A stretch of 64,000 nucleotides of DNA from Bilabrum cf. latius (Eukaryota), in NCBI GenBank assembly GCA_965178125.1, contig OZ237740.1, positions 992,001-1,056,000 of the forward strand. Reading direction: 5' to 3'. Shown piece after piece: positions 42,364 to 54,214 of this stretch. How positions within the stretch are numbered: the stretch's first letter is position 1; each line of letters starts with the position of its first letter. The notes below the pieces were generated by a model, which saw only the letters and a list, made by a program, of their open reading frames with translations, made no database searches and was not told where the DNA came from. The position numbers and the translations under genes are program-made.

Positions 42364-42482
42364 AAAAGAAAAGAAAACGAGCAGGTCCCGAAGATGTGGT
42401 GGTAGTTCTCGGCTCCCAATCGCCCGATGGTTACAACCGGAACTGCAACGACCCCACTATCTCATGCCTCACCAGTATACCA
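42364..42482 (+). repeat. Split direct repeat B2 (119 bp)
   Basis: Copy of B1 forming the right terminus of the element. Confidence 0.95.
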
Positions 42483-42812
42483 CGCTGGAAGCCGAAGAAA
42501 CCGCCGAAGAAGTGTCTCGCCGGGCGTTGGCAGCGAACAAGCTAAATCCAGCGAGCCCCACCTGACAGCGTCGCTGCATGAACAGCATCGACAAGGTTCC
42601 AGCGGCCCACTCGAGGCGAAGAGATACTAGTGTCCCAGCTGCACGAAGGGAAACACAAAGGTCGCGAGTCGCTTAGTCTGGCTGCTTGCACCCTCGACAG
42701 GCACTTCATGCAGCTGGCTGCAGTGCCAGCCATCCCGAAGCCGAGGCTCGAAGTTGCAGCCACCGACACCGCATGCATGACGGTGAATGGTGCGTTGGAG
42801 CGTTTTTTCACG

Positions 42813-44174
42813 TCACGTCGCACCACTAGCGCCAGCACTCGCAATGACGTACACGAATCCATCAGCTGCCCTGCCGCACGTCTCCGCAACATCCAGTCGC
42901 ATGAGAGGAGACACCTACACGCCATCCAACATCAGCTGGAACGGAAACGCATCGCACAGACTCGCATGGCAGCTGCTGCTGCTGCTGCCCCCTACAGCAT
43001 CCCCGTCCCCATCCCCCCCACCCTCGCTTACCCCCCCACCCTCGCTTACCCCCCCACCCTCGCTTACCCCCCCACCCTCGCTTACCCCCCCACCCTCGCT
43101 TACCCCCCCACCCTCGCTTACCCCGCTACTCGGCGGCTACTGCTACTCATCAACAACGCCAGCTGATGCACCGCCAGCTGATGCGCCGTCTCCCGTCCCG
43201 CTTCCCCGCTTCTCCCCGGGCACTGCTGCTGCTTCGGCCGATGTCCCTGTCCCTGCGCCTGCGCCTGACGAGGGGCCTTTGTCCGCCGCACTAGCTGCCG
43301 ATGCACCGCTCGATACCGCACTGGACGATTTGGATTCCCGATCCGCACCCCCTGTCTCCATTGGCAGGGCCCCCGAGGCCGCCAGGGCCCGCAGGACCGT
43401 CCTCCCAATGGTGCCCTCCCACGGGTCAGCCCCTTCCGATGGACCCGCGTCGTGGGACGCACTACTCGATGGGGGTATAGATGAGGATGATGCGGCTGAA
43501 TCGGCTCCGGATCCCGGCGCAGGCCTCGGCTCTGCCCACTGGAACACCTTGAGGCCCTCGGCGCTGAAATCGTCGCGCGCGAGGACTACCCTGACTGAGA
43601 TCCTGTCCTTGTGACAGTCTTTGGCACGCTGGGCGTCCTCGTGCTTGATGACAGTATCCATGAGCTTGGTGGAAGCGCTCCGAGTTTCTCGTCTTGTGGC
43701 TTGGGAACCGCAGGCGTGCACTAGGCGGGTGAGTCCGTTTGTAGTTGACTCTGACATTGTCAGCAGCTCGCTGCAAGACCCGAATCTCGTCAAGAATGAG
43801 CCCCGTAACTAGTAGAAAAACCAATCACCAGGCCGTTCTGTGGCTCTTCGGCTGCCAGCAACTGACGGGGTCGATGATCGAAGAACGCATCGGAGCATCC
43901 CGGTGCTTGCGCAAACCTTGCGAGCGCTTGATGCAACCGAATCTGCCAGCACTCCAGAGGGTAACTCAAGCGGGAGCAATCGGTCGCTTTCGTCGGAGAT
44001 GGCCCAGTATGACGGCTCAAGCCGCATCCTATCGAAAGCATCGTGAACATGAGCTTCAATCGCAGTACCGAGCGGAACGCTCCTAGCGACCCACATCATC
44101 TGTGGCCGTTCTGTGTCATCAAACAGATCATCGCCTGCATGTATAAGCAGATGAACTGCGATTTCACCCTACAT
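42813..44174 (-). CDS. ATG5: Divergent autophagy protein ATG5
   Basis: Frame open from ATG 44174 to TGA 42813 across five TAGs. Colinear ATG5-like blocks: M-Q-GEIAVHL, LPLELPSGVLAD, WFFY-Q-LRGSFLTRFGSCSELLTMS, RISVRVVL, TIGRTVL, LMLDGV-Q-VSPLMRL...AADGFVYV. Confidence 0.62.
43014..43121 (-). repeat. 18-bp tandem repeat x6 encoding (VSEGGG)n in the ATG5-like CDS
   Basis: CCCCCCACCCTCGCTTAC repeated six times on the + strand. Confidence 0.93.
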
Positions 44175-44303
44175 GGCTGGCGTGAAGGCGAAAGTAAAAA
44201 TCGCGAACGAGCTACTCAGATGTGACGAGTGCACTCATCACATGTCAAAGTCGACCGAAGGAACTGCAACTGTATTAGGTCGTGTCTGCAGCACCGAGTG
44301 AGT

Positions 44304-46224
44304 ATGTCTGGCAAAAAACGAGGAAGGGAAGGGGGTGATGATAGAAATTCGAAGCGAAGAGCCGATGAGAGCCGATCCACAGCGCCAAGTGGGGCTTCGA
44401 AAGAGCTCGAGTACGAGGATGCATTTATGGATGAATTTGAGGATGAGGACCGGGTGATGCGGGACGACGACGATGAAGAGGCTGTTGTGGGCGTCCTTGA
44501 TGGCGGTGCACTGAAGCCGGTGGGCAGTGCGCCAGCTGATAGTTCGGGCGACGGAGTTGCTGCAAGTGCAAGCTCGGGTACGTCCGCCGCTATGGACGAT
44601 GGGGATGGTGCGGACGGTGAGGTTGAGCCCCCGAAGGAAGCAATTGAAGAGGCAAGAAAACGAATTTAGCAGATGGAGGACGACGATGCTGCTGCGGAGG
44701 GAGGGTACGACACATCTACCTAGGTGAGAATCGCTAGTCGATCTTGGCTTGCCAGCCTCCAGCGCTGCACCCTGCGCGCAGCGGCGAATTTACTACCAAG
44801 TAGTACCATGTGTATTTTTTGTTTCGTATATAATGATTGAATCGAGTGCCGCCGCATCGCCGCCATCGCAGGCCTTCCGACCGGGGGTGGACGAGCTTGG
44901 AGAGGGCGAGCAGCTCGACTACTAGCCAGAGGCGTACAAAATGTACCACAGCATGCGGCCCGAGTGGCCGTGCCTGTCCATTGACATCATGCCCGACATG
45001 ATGGGCGCCTCGAGGACGTCCTTTCCAATGACCGTGTACATGGTGGCCGGTACGCAGGCAGACCGAGCCGACAAGAACCAGCTGCAGCTCCTCAGGGTCT
45101 CGGACCTGCACAAGACCCAGCAAGACGACGACGACGTGGCACTGCAAGGGGACGAGATGGACGACGACCCGATCATCGACGCGCAGAGGATTCCCTACCG
45201 CGGCGGGATCAACCGAGTCAGGGTCATGCCCCAGGCCCCCCACGTGGTCGCCTCCATGGCCGACACGAGGATGGTGCACCTCATGGACGTCAGGCCCAGG
45301 CTGGCCGCACTTGATGCATCCAACCCCGAGGCACCCGGCGTGCTTGGGTCCGCCCGGGCGGCCGCGGTGGCCAGGGGAACAAAGAGTGCCGACGTGCCGG
45401 TGGCCTCCTTTGCTGGTCACACCAAGGAGGGCTTCGCGCTCGACTGGTCTCGCAAGGTGAGGGGGCGGCTGGCGACCGGTGATTGCGCGGGGCACATTCG
45501 AGTGTGGGACGCGGTCGCCGGGAAGGCGGCGGGCGCGGCTGCCACGGGCAAAGGCGACCTGCAGACGCGGGTGGCGGTGGATGGTGCGGTGTGGAGGACG
45601 AGCCCGAAGCCATACACGGGGCACACGGCCTCTGTGGAGGAGCTGCAGTGGTCTCCGAGGGAAGCCGCGGTGTTTGCGTCCTGCGGTTGCGACCAGCAGA
45701 TCAGGATCTGGGACGCGCGAGACCTCAAGGGCTGCAAGATGGCGGTCAAGGCGGCCACGAGTGACATCAACGTGATGAGCTGGAACACTAGGGTGAACTT
45801 CCTCCTGGCCTCTGGCAACGACGACGGCAGCTTTAAGGTGTGGGACCTGCGCATGTGGAGGAAGGGTCCGAGCCACGCCAAGCCCGTGGCCTCGTACACG
45901 TGGCACAGGGGGGCTGTGACGAGCATTCAGTGGGACCCCCACGACCCCAACTGCCTGGTGGCTGCCTCCGAGGACGACACAGTCTCGCTCTGGGACTTTA
46001 GTCTCGAGGCAGACGACGACGTGGCCAAGCCGCCTGCGGCTGCCAGCTCGGGATCCGGAGCGGCGGCGGGCGGCGACTCCCGAGACTTCCCGGCGCAGCT
46101 CTTGTTCCTCCACTCCGGGCAGAGTTCGATCAAGGAGGCCACGTTCCACCCGCAGATCCCTGGGCTGGTCATCAGCACAGCGGGCGATTCTTTCAATTTC
46201 TTCAAGCCCGACGTGCAGCTGTGA
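44304..46224 (+). CDS. GRWD1: Glutamate-rich WD40 protein GRWD1/Rrb1; exons 44304-44723, 44872-46224
   Basis: LEYEDAFMDEFEDE N-terminus, WPCLSIDI, VYMVAGTQA, EGFALDWS, SVEELQWSP, DINVMSWN, PAQLLFLHSGQ..IKE..FHPQIPG. Intron TAG|GTGAGA 44724 to CGCAG 44871. TAG at 44667, 44721, 44923; TGA 46222. Confidence 0.93.
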
Positions 46225-46391
46225 GCCGGGGCTGCGGGAGACGAGTCTGGGCGGGTGCGCGGTGCGGTTTGCGGGTCCGGAGCTCTGATGAATGCATGTC
46301 CATAACCTGCAGTCTCGAATCAGCTACTGTTACTGGTTTTGCACACTATCGAATATCTCAGCAAAAAGCTTTCAAGCGCATCGTGATTGTT

Positions 46392-47005
46392 TCACTGGAG
46401 CGCTGTCTCGACCAAGAAGAGGACGAAGCAGCCGAGCGCCGTTCCCGCGATGTGGTACCCAGCGTGGATGAAGAAGAGAGCCTGGGGCCTACTCTCAAAA
46501 AATGCGTGGCAGTGCCAATTTCCTTGCCCCACAGCCACCATGACCGTGCATGCGAGCACTTTCGTCGGCAGGGTCTGGTCCTGTAGCCAGAGCGCCGCGA
46601 GCTGCTGGATCGCAACGAACAGCAGCAGCCATGCCACCATCGAGGATGCGACGCCCTTGATCTCGTTGGCTGCACCCTTTCTGCGCAATGACGATTACAC
46701 CCAAAGGGTCTTGCCAGAATGGTCAAATTGGAACGGCCAAGTTGCAGCTTGTTGGGTCTCACTCCTGAACAGCGGCTGGCAGCCGTGGGGCCCCGTATGC
46801 AGCCGTGAGGAAGGCTTCGCCAAAGCTATAGGCACCCAGGGCATACCTGCAAGTAAATATTCCCAACATGAGCGCGTACCTGTCTTCATGGTGTTCTAGA
46901 TCCGATTCTCGCCGGTGGGTATCTTGAGTGTATGTCTCACCACCATGCCCCAAGCCCGCCACCAATCATTGTAGCAGCAATGATACCTGCAATCGAAGCA
47001 ATCAT
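46392..47005 (-). CDS. DUF1761-like small membrane protein, 145 aa; exons 47005-46941, 46846-46763, 46680-46392
   Basis: Two GTGAG...GCAG introns give MIASIAGIIAATMIGGGLGAWWYALGAYSFGEAFL...HAFFESRPQALFFIHAGYHI, matching DUF1761 LGxxWY..FG and FE.RP..LF.I..GY motifs. TGA at 46392. Confidence 0.82.
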
Positions 47006-47663
47006 GCCGGCAGAATGGACTTGAAACTGCTTATTTTCGGCTGGATATGTGATGGCTCGGAGCTGGAACAGCTTGCCGCAGCGCGCTGCGGCACACTAAT
47101 ACAACTCGGAGAGTCTGTCTGTCTGTTCGGCATTCTTGCAGCCAGCTGACGACTTCGTGCTGTACGCCGTTAGCGTACTTCATCTGCTGGTGGCTGTTGC
47201 GCCTGCCAGTCACCGGTATCACCCCGAAAAAATCAATGCAGGTCCCGCGGGCCGGCTAGTAGTCGGCCTGAATGCAGGTTACGCCCATTTCACCATCCGC
47301 TCAACTAGTAGCTTCGTCGAAGTATTGCTCTCCGCTTCCCATCCTGCTTCCCATCCTGGGACTCCTACGGGCAGGTGCCTGCGCCGTCACGTTGGGTCAG
47401 ATCCTGTACCCCTTCCTCATGCTCTAACCACAGGTTCTGGCCGACCCGAGATGCGACCATCTACCCTCGGTGGCCTTGTTTGCGCGCTGCTAGCCGCACA
47501 GCCTGCTGACACCCGGGTCTCTCTTGTGCCTTGCTCCATGGGCCATGCCCCCCCCCCCTGATGAGGTCACAGCCGGTTTTAATCTTCTTCTTGAAAGTTC
47601 ACAGCCGGTCGCAACCTCGTCTCTGCACACATCCACTCAAATCATAGTACCTCAAAGCTAGCC

Positions 47664-49109
47664 ATGGCTAGACCGGCTGGCACATCATCAAACATGTTTG
47701 ATAATGACGACGATGAGGAAGAGGAAGAGGAATATCGCCCAGAAACAGACATGGATGAGCTGCGAGAAGCTGCGGCCGATGCCGAATTCGCTGGCGGCTC
47801 AAAGCAGCAGTCAGACCAAGATTCTAGCAAGGAGGCAGGCAGGGCTAAAATTGAATAGATAAGACAGCAGGAAGAGCTGGATCGTCTCGTGAGTGGGCTA
47901 CAGAACGAGGAGCGCCGCTGGGTTGCTCGATCGAAGCATTGGCTCAGTGAGCTCCCGAGCAAACGAAGCAGTAGGGGGAGCACTGGGCATGCCCTAGCTG
48001 CATCACAAAGTAATCTAGCAGTTCCTTGCGCTCTTGGCAAGACAGGTGGCCTGCTGCCCAGCTCAGGTATGGATGGAGTGTACCGAGAGTTGCAACGATC
48101 ACTGCGGCCTGCTGGCGTACGCATGAACCACCGCGTGCTATGGCGGGCAGGTGGGTACACGGCAGCCAGTGGCCTAGAATTCTCAGGCGTGCCCCCAAAA
48201 GGAAAGCTCGTCCGTAGCCTCGCGTCAAATCCACCCTCTGCTGGGGCGAAACGCGTTCGGGAGAGTAGTGCTCAAGTCCACGATGTGCTGGCTACGCTAT
48301 ACAGCCGTAGAGACTCCAGGGGTGTTGCCGCCCAAGACCGAAAGCGACGAAGAATATCTCGCGTAATTCGGGAGTGGGATCCCGTGACTGGCGCCCCGGT
48401 TTTGCTGCACGTAGAGCGGGCGAGCGTGCGAGCAGCAGGCGCTCGTGGTTTGGCGGCGGGGACGTGCGCCGGCCGAGCAAGCACCAAAGTGAGCAGCAAA
48501 GCAGCAGTTAGACCGTCCCCAAGTGCGTCGTCGGCTGCGTAGTTGCCACCATCGCCGTTGCCGAAAGCCTTGGGGAGCAGAGCAGCTGGCAGCTCGGACG
48601 TCCAGCCCACGCCGGGCGGCTCATTAGCAGGCAAGGTGGTGTCTTTGAAATCTTTTCGTTAGAAACTCAAGGCTGAGTCAATGGAAGCATTGGTCAGGCT
48701 AGGCATGGCGCGCAGAGTGGGGGCGGATGGAGCTGCGGGGGGCGGGCAACCAGGCAGAGCAAGTGCGCCTGGCGGGAAAAAGTCCAAGAAAGTGCGCGGA
48801 TTCGCATAGTCCAAGGGCCGTTTGGGCAGCGCAACGGCAAGTCTTCGCGCGGTGGCCGCCGCCGAGGGCGACATCGGCGCGGCAGAGGCGTAGGAGAAGG
48901 GCCCGTCTACGGTTGCAACCAGCGGCGGGGATTGGGCCAAGTTCAAAGAGGAGCAGATGGGCCGGGAGGAAAGGGCGGCTTTGGAGAGGCAGGCTAGGCA
49001 TGGAGAAGCAGCTAAGAAGGAATTCCTGGACCAGGCACGCGCCAACGAGGAAGATGGAGTTAGGGCCATGAAAGCAGCTAGCTCGGCGAAACGAAGGCGA
49101 GGCCAGTAA
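47664..49109 (+). CDS. CFDP1: CFDP1/BCNT/Swc5-like protein
   Basis: Acidic N-terminus DDDEEEEEEYRPE; C-terminal BCNT-like block STVATSGGDWAKFKEE...KKEFLDQAR, reached only by reading through five TAGs. Ends TAA 49107-49109. Confidence 0.75.
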
Positions 49110-49293
49110 CTCGAAAGAAATGAAGTGGACGACCTTTGAGTCATTCCATGCGTTAACTAGATCTGATGACGAAGGTATCTGCTGCTCACGATTTGCTCTC
49201 CTCTAAGTTAGTGCATGGTTTTCGGATGCGCGCCCAAGTGCAACTCCGAATGGACTGCCGCGAACTCTCATTCAGGACAGCACAATCGTACGA

Positions 49294-51162
49294 ATGAGGC
49301 AAGACAGCACGTCACATACTAGTAAAACTACCAATAGTTCCTTGGATTACACGATAGGCGATGCAATGGTGGGGTTTCGATAGGTTGTTGATACGAATTT
49401 GCGAAATCTCCGGAGGTTGTTTGTAGGCACGGTCGCCTGCGCTGGTATCATTGGGCTGCTGAGGTCCCCATTAGTTCGAAGACGTGGTCAAAGGCTAGTG
49501 TATGACAAACATAACGAGCAGTGGGCGATTCGATCCCGGGCACTGCATCGTGGCGGGATAGCCTACTGGTGGCAACGTGCTGAGGCTTCGTACGACCGGA
49601 GCAGCCTAGCATCAATGGCAAGGAAAGGGGTTTGGATGCGTGGTACATTGTTAGGAGTTGAGTCAGTCTCGTTACCGGGCAAGTCTTGCCAGGACACGCT
49701 TGAACAAGTTGCACTGTTCCGTCACGATACGCCGTTGCCACGCCTGTTTCCTGGCTAGGCCCACATCAACCGATCCGATAGAGCACACGTTCGATCAATT
49801 AGCAGGTAGTGGTCGCACGAGGGGTGCACTGCAGTAGACGTCTCCCGTCACCCAGTCATTGCGGTTCGAATGCCGTCTCTTCCACTGTCGGACGCCGCAG
49901 CAGCATCGTGGCTGTCTCGGTCTGTTGCGCCGCCAGGACTGATCACTCGCAGCAGAGATTTATAGAGAGCTATACTATCACGCAGTAAGCGTGATTCCGG
50001 CGCTAGCGACGGCGCGACTCGCCAGTCTCCTGGAGGGGGGTGCACAGACACAAACACTGATGAGCTGCACGAGCCTGATGATGGTGACCACGACGAGCCC
50101 GAGCCTGATGAGGCAAGGAAGGACGTGTACCTCCAGGTGCTGGCAGTGGAGCCTCCTGACGCAGTGGGAGCGGGCCGCGTGTCTAGGTAGATGCATACCG
50201 GCGCCGTGGGCGCTTCGGACGGCGAAATCTAGGAAAGCATGGGTATGAAAGCGGCCAGGGAAGCAGACGAGTGCGTGGTGCTCGTGTCTGGCATCCTGCA
50301 CCAGGCAGCGCCACGCGGCACCAGCAAGCATGTGCCTACAGGAGACTACGAGTCGGTCAAGGGCACCGACCTAGCCCTGAGGTTCATACGAGAAGCTGCC
50401 CCCTTCATTGAGTGGAGAGACGCCGACCACTGGAAACGAAAGGCGGATAGCAGCCTAGGCATCGCCCTGGAAGCCGATCGAATCAGCAGGGAAGATGGTT
50501 ATGAACGGGCGCAAGCCACTAGGGTTTCCAATGGCCCGATGCAGGGCAGCACTGGCGCAGAAAGTGACGCCGTGGATGCAACAACCCAGCACAATTCGGG
50601 CAAGCAAGCAGACCAGCATCAGGCTGAAGTGATGGGATCGGCAGCCGCGCCTCATTGGAGCGACGAGGCCATCGCAAGGCACGCCTTGCTGTGGAAGGTA
50701 GCCGCCAGCAGGGACGAGGAGGAGGCTGCAGACGAAGCCGCGGCAGAGGCTGCGGCTCGAGCGGTAGAAAGGGCCGAGCGAGCGGCAGCCTTGCTCTCGA
50801 CAGCGGCAGCAGCTACTGCATCGGCAGCTAGAACGGGGTACGCCGCGGCTTCCAGTGCCGTCAAGACATCCGCGCCCCATGCAAAGCGGATCGCCGAAGG
50901 GCTAGGAGGGGTACTGTCAAGCGCGGGGACTGCTTGGTCCAGCGCCTCGAGCGCGGTGTCGGCCTCGAGGCGAGAGAGGCAGGACCGCGGCAGGGAGAGC
51001 GAGCCGAAGGAAGGTGCTGATGAGGGGGGTGGTCGCGATGATCCGGATGGCTCAGCGAAGTCGGGCGCACGCGGGCAGGCCGTCGAGGACAGCGAGCAAA
51101 GCTCGCCAAGCCGATCGGGTGTGTCGGCTTGGGGGGACAGCTGGTTCGGTGGCAGGCAATGA
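49294..51162 (+). CDS. Hypothetical protein with N-terminal TM segment (loose resemblance to C3orf33/SNase-like proteins)
   Basis: Single frame across six TAGs to TGA 51160; start at ATG 49294 or 49366. Family resemblance is weak and from memory. Confidence 0.65.
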
Positions 51163-51286
51163 CTGAGCACAACAAGGTTACTGCTAGCTCCACGACGGAC
51201 GAACCCACTCACACGAAAGCGAATTACCGTCTGCAACTAATGCATGCAACTCAGACACCACCTGTCGGGTGTGAACGACCGGCGCT

Positions 51287-54091
51287 TCAGTCCATGCCGC
51301 CGCCAAAGTCATCCAGGAAATCATCAGACGCGCCCCTGGGGGCACCTCGCGCCAGCCGCTCGAAGCTGGGGTCCCCCGTGTTCCCTCCAGCAAACCCTCC
51401 CATCCCTCCTCCGTACGACCCGCCTCCCCTCCCGCCCCCCATGCTACCGTTTGCTGACATTTTCCGCATCAGCTGAGCCAGCTCTCGCTGGTCGGCGGGG
51501 CTGAGTTCGTCTCCAGGCGGGCCACCCCTCCGGCCCTTGCCACCACGTGAACCTGACAGAAGCTCGGATATCGCCGATGCCCTGCCCTTGCCTGCCAACC
51601 CGCCCGCCCCTCCGAACCCCAGCTTGCCCAGCATGCCCTCCACAGCCTTCTGCACGTCGCCTCCATTCCTGCCCTTGAGCGTCTGCCACAGCACCACCAG
51701 TCCGATCCCCACCACGATGACGGGCGTGCGCACCCAGGAGATGTCCCACGGCTCGGGAGGCGAGTACGGCAGCAAACTCTGCACGACCTCGATGCTACCA
51801 GTCGTCGCGTCCAGTACCGCGATCATAACCTCGCCGGTACCCTGCCCCCGGCTTGTCTCAGTCACCACTGCGACAGTGGGAGCCAGCCCGGTCGCCCCGC
51901 CATCTGTACCAGAAGCACCAACAACCTCCCCATTCTGCGCGATCAAGCGCGGTGGCATGGCAAGCACGGCGGATGTGTTGAACACGCGATAGGATCCGAC
52001 CCCCCTGGCCACGATAAGGAACCCAGGCACGGTGACGACTGCCGGGATGCTCCGGCCCGGCAGGGCGGGCACGCTGTGCTTGAGCACGCAACGGGCCCCC
52101 ACCCTCGAGGAGGACCTGCCGTCTCTGTGCCTGGTGTTGAAGGCGAAGACCTGTCCCTCCCTCGTCCCAGCATACACCACATGCGACGACAGCACATCCC
52201 ATGCGAGGGTGACGACTTGCCCGTCGCCGGGCACATCGCAGGTAGGGTTGTTGTACGCGCGGCGGGACACCGACAGCACGCGAATGGTCGGGCCGTGCGC
52301 CACTGCCACCGCGGCAGAGGTGCGAGCCATGGCCGTGACCGCGCCTTCAATGAACCCATTGTCGCCAGCACCGGCGGTGGGCGCTACTTGATCCGATGAT
52401 ACAGACGTGGTCGCGCCACTGCCGCTCGTCCGGGCTCCCTGCTTGGATGGCTTTGCGTGCGGCTTGCCGTCCTCGGCAGCCGAGGCGTCCTCCAGCAGGG
52501 CATCAGGACGATGGATCCTTGCCCTGATCCTGCCTGTGTTGGACAGAGCAGTCACCGAGCCGGAGCTGTCCCCCAGCAGTATAAGCTTGCTGTGACGGAA
52601 GGCAACGGACTAGACAACGGTGATGTCCTGCCTAGGATGCGAGTCATCCAGCGCCTCGGCGCCCAGCGCGCTGTCCTACGCACCATCAGCGGCATCCTCA
52701 GCAGCGTCAGGATCGACGAAGAGGTCCTTGTCGGCCGATCGCGAACCGATGCGTGCCTCCTGCAGGTCCCATTCCTCTACCGCCAAGTGGTACTGCACGA
52801 TTGCGCGGATGTAGAAGGCCACTTCGACGTCGTCCGGCCGTCTCGTGCGCATCTGTAGACCGACATCTTCCTGGTCAGCGGATGCATATGCGCTTCCAGC
52901 GCCAGATAAACTCTTGTCAGTGACAGGCTGCTGCTGCTGATCCTGCGTTCTCTCTGCCGACCCGGTGCCGCCACCGTCGAGTGGCTCCGCGGAGCCGTCG
53001 AGCTCAACCAAGTACGTGGCACCATCTCCACTGGTAGACTCGCTGCTTGCATCAGATTCATCGTTAGAGCCCCTTTCATTCCTTTCCGTGGACGCAGTCG
53101 ATCCAGCCCGGCCCTTCTCTTTCTCCTCCTCCTACTCCTTCTTCTCCTCCTACTAGCTGCTGCTGCTGCTGCTGCTGCTCTGTTTGCGCCTCCTGGCCCG
53201 CTTGCCCGATATCCGCCGGCCGTTCACCCAAGCCTGCAAATCATAGACGCGCACTACCCCCCATGAATCGGCCGCGACCACAAATGGCTACTCCCCCGTG
53301 GACACGGACAGGTGCTGCAGCTCGGGTGCCTCCTGGACGCCCTCCTGCCCCTCGTGTTCCGGGCCCTCGTCTCCTGCTGGGGTCGAGGCATCCATGGACT
53401 CGTTCCGTGCGATCCCCGGCACGCTAGCAGCGGAGAACATGCCGTCGAAGGTCGTTTCCTGCTCGTCCCAGTACTTCTCGGCCTCCTTGGCAACGAACAC
53501 GCTCAGGTCCTGCAGGACGTTCCGGCAGGTGAGGAGCCGGCCATGGATGGACACGGCGCACACGTTTCCGTTTCGCATGGCGACAATCACGACTTGGGCG
53601 ATCGGACCCCCGCTGTTTGGCTGCTGGCGCCTCGAAGCGCTGCCTCGAGGCACGAACTGCGCAAGAGCAATCCCGACAACGTCCAGGTTTGACGTCGTCG
53701 ACCTCCTGACCAGAAAGTCTGCAGCAGACCGAACCGTTGCCCTATCAATCTGCTTAGACTTTCCGCTGTCGGAGGAAGATTGGTGCGCAGGCGACCGATT
53801 CAAATGATCCAGCCATGGGGTGAGTTGCTGTTTGGCCTTTTCATCAGCCTCTCGGAGACCATCAAGAATATTTTGCGGAAGCTCCGCATCTAACTTATCC
53901 AGTAGTGCATTCCGTAAGCGCTGCAACTGTTCGGCGCGAAGTGCCAAGGCAGCCTGCGCTCCCCTCGTCGCTTCGAGCTCTGTCTCGAGCAGCTAGCCGA
54001 TAGTGTCCGTCTTCGTTTCACTTTCTCCTCCAGCCATGTTTGAAATTATGAAGGTAAGTATCAGAGCCAATGAACAGGGCAGGCGGGACAT
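51287..54091 (-). CDS. Type-I membrane protein: signal peptide, coiled coil, beta-rich (propeller-like) ectodomain, TM, Gly-rich tail
   Basis: ORFs 53993, 53288, 52676 and 51287 are in one frame, joined across seven TAGs. Signal MSRLPCSLALILTFIISNMAGG; TM TPVIVVGIGLVVLW; TGA at 51287. Confidence 0.75.
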
Positions 54092-54214
54092 AATTGGCGA
54101 TGTGTGGGCAAAAAATACAAACGTCCGCCTTCGCCCTGCAAACCGGAAAACACCCGAGACTTGCGGTGCCACAGTGAGCGCGCGGACGCGCTCCGTTCCC
54201 ACCACACAAAGCAG

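Larger units (their letters stand above)
38103..42482. mobile_element. Non-autonomous split-direct-repeat element (tyrosine-recombinase retrotransposon architecture, Ngaro/PAT/TOC1-like)
   Basis: A1 38103-38409 = A2 39532-39838 (307 bp); B1 39413-39531 = B2 42364-42482 (119 bp). B1 abuts A2 exactly. No target-site duplication; no RT, RNase H or YR motifs seen. Confidence 0.8.
38053..42780 (+). pseudogene. Candidate 115-aa gene interrupted by the mobile element (38053-38102 joined to 42483-42780)
   Basis: Removing 38103-42482 fuses MKNHSVGNSELQRYPKP to AGSRRNRRRSVSPG...KRY-Q(TAG)-CPSCTKG...PTPHA-TGA in frame. No recognisable family. Confidence 0.35.

Noticed and set aside
47558-47600. Second CTGATGA...GAAA motif and possible small ORFs in the 47006-47663 gap
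   Set aside because: No supporting helices; the ORFs are short, lack a convincing start and show no motif.
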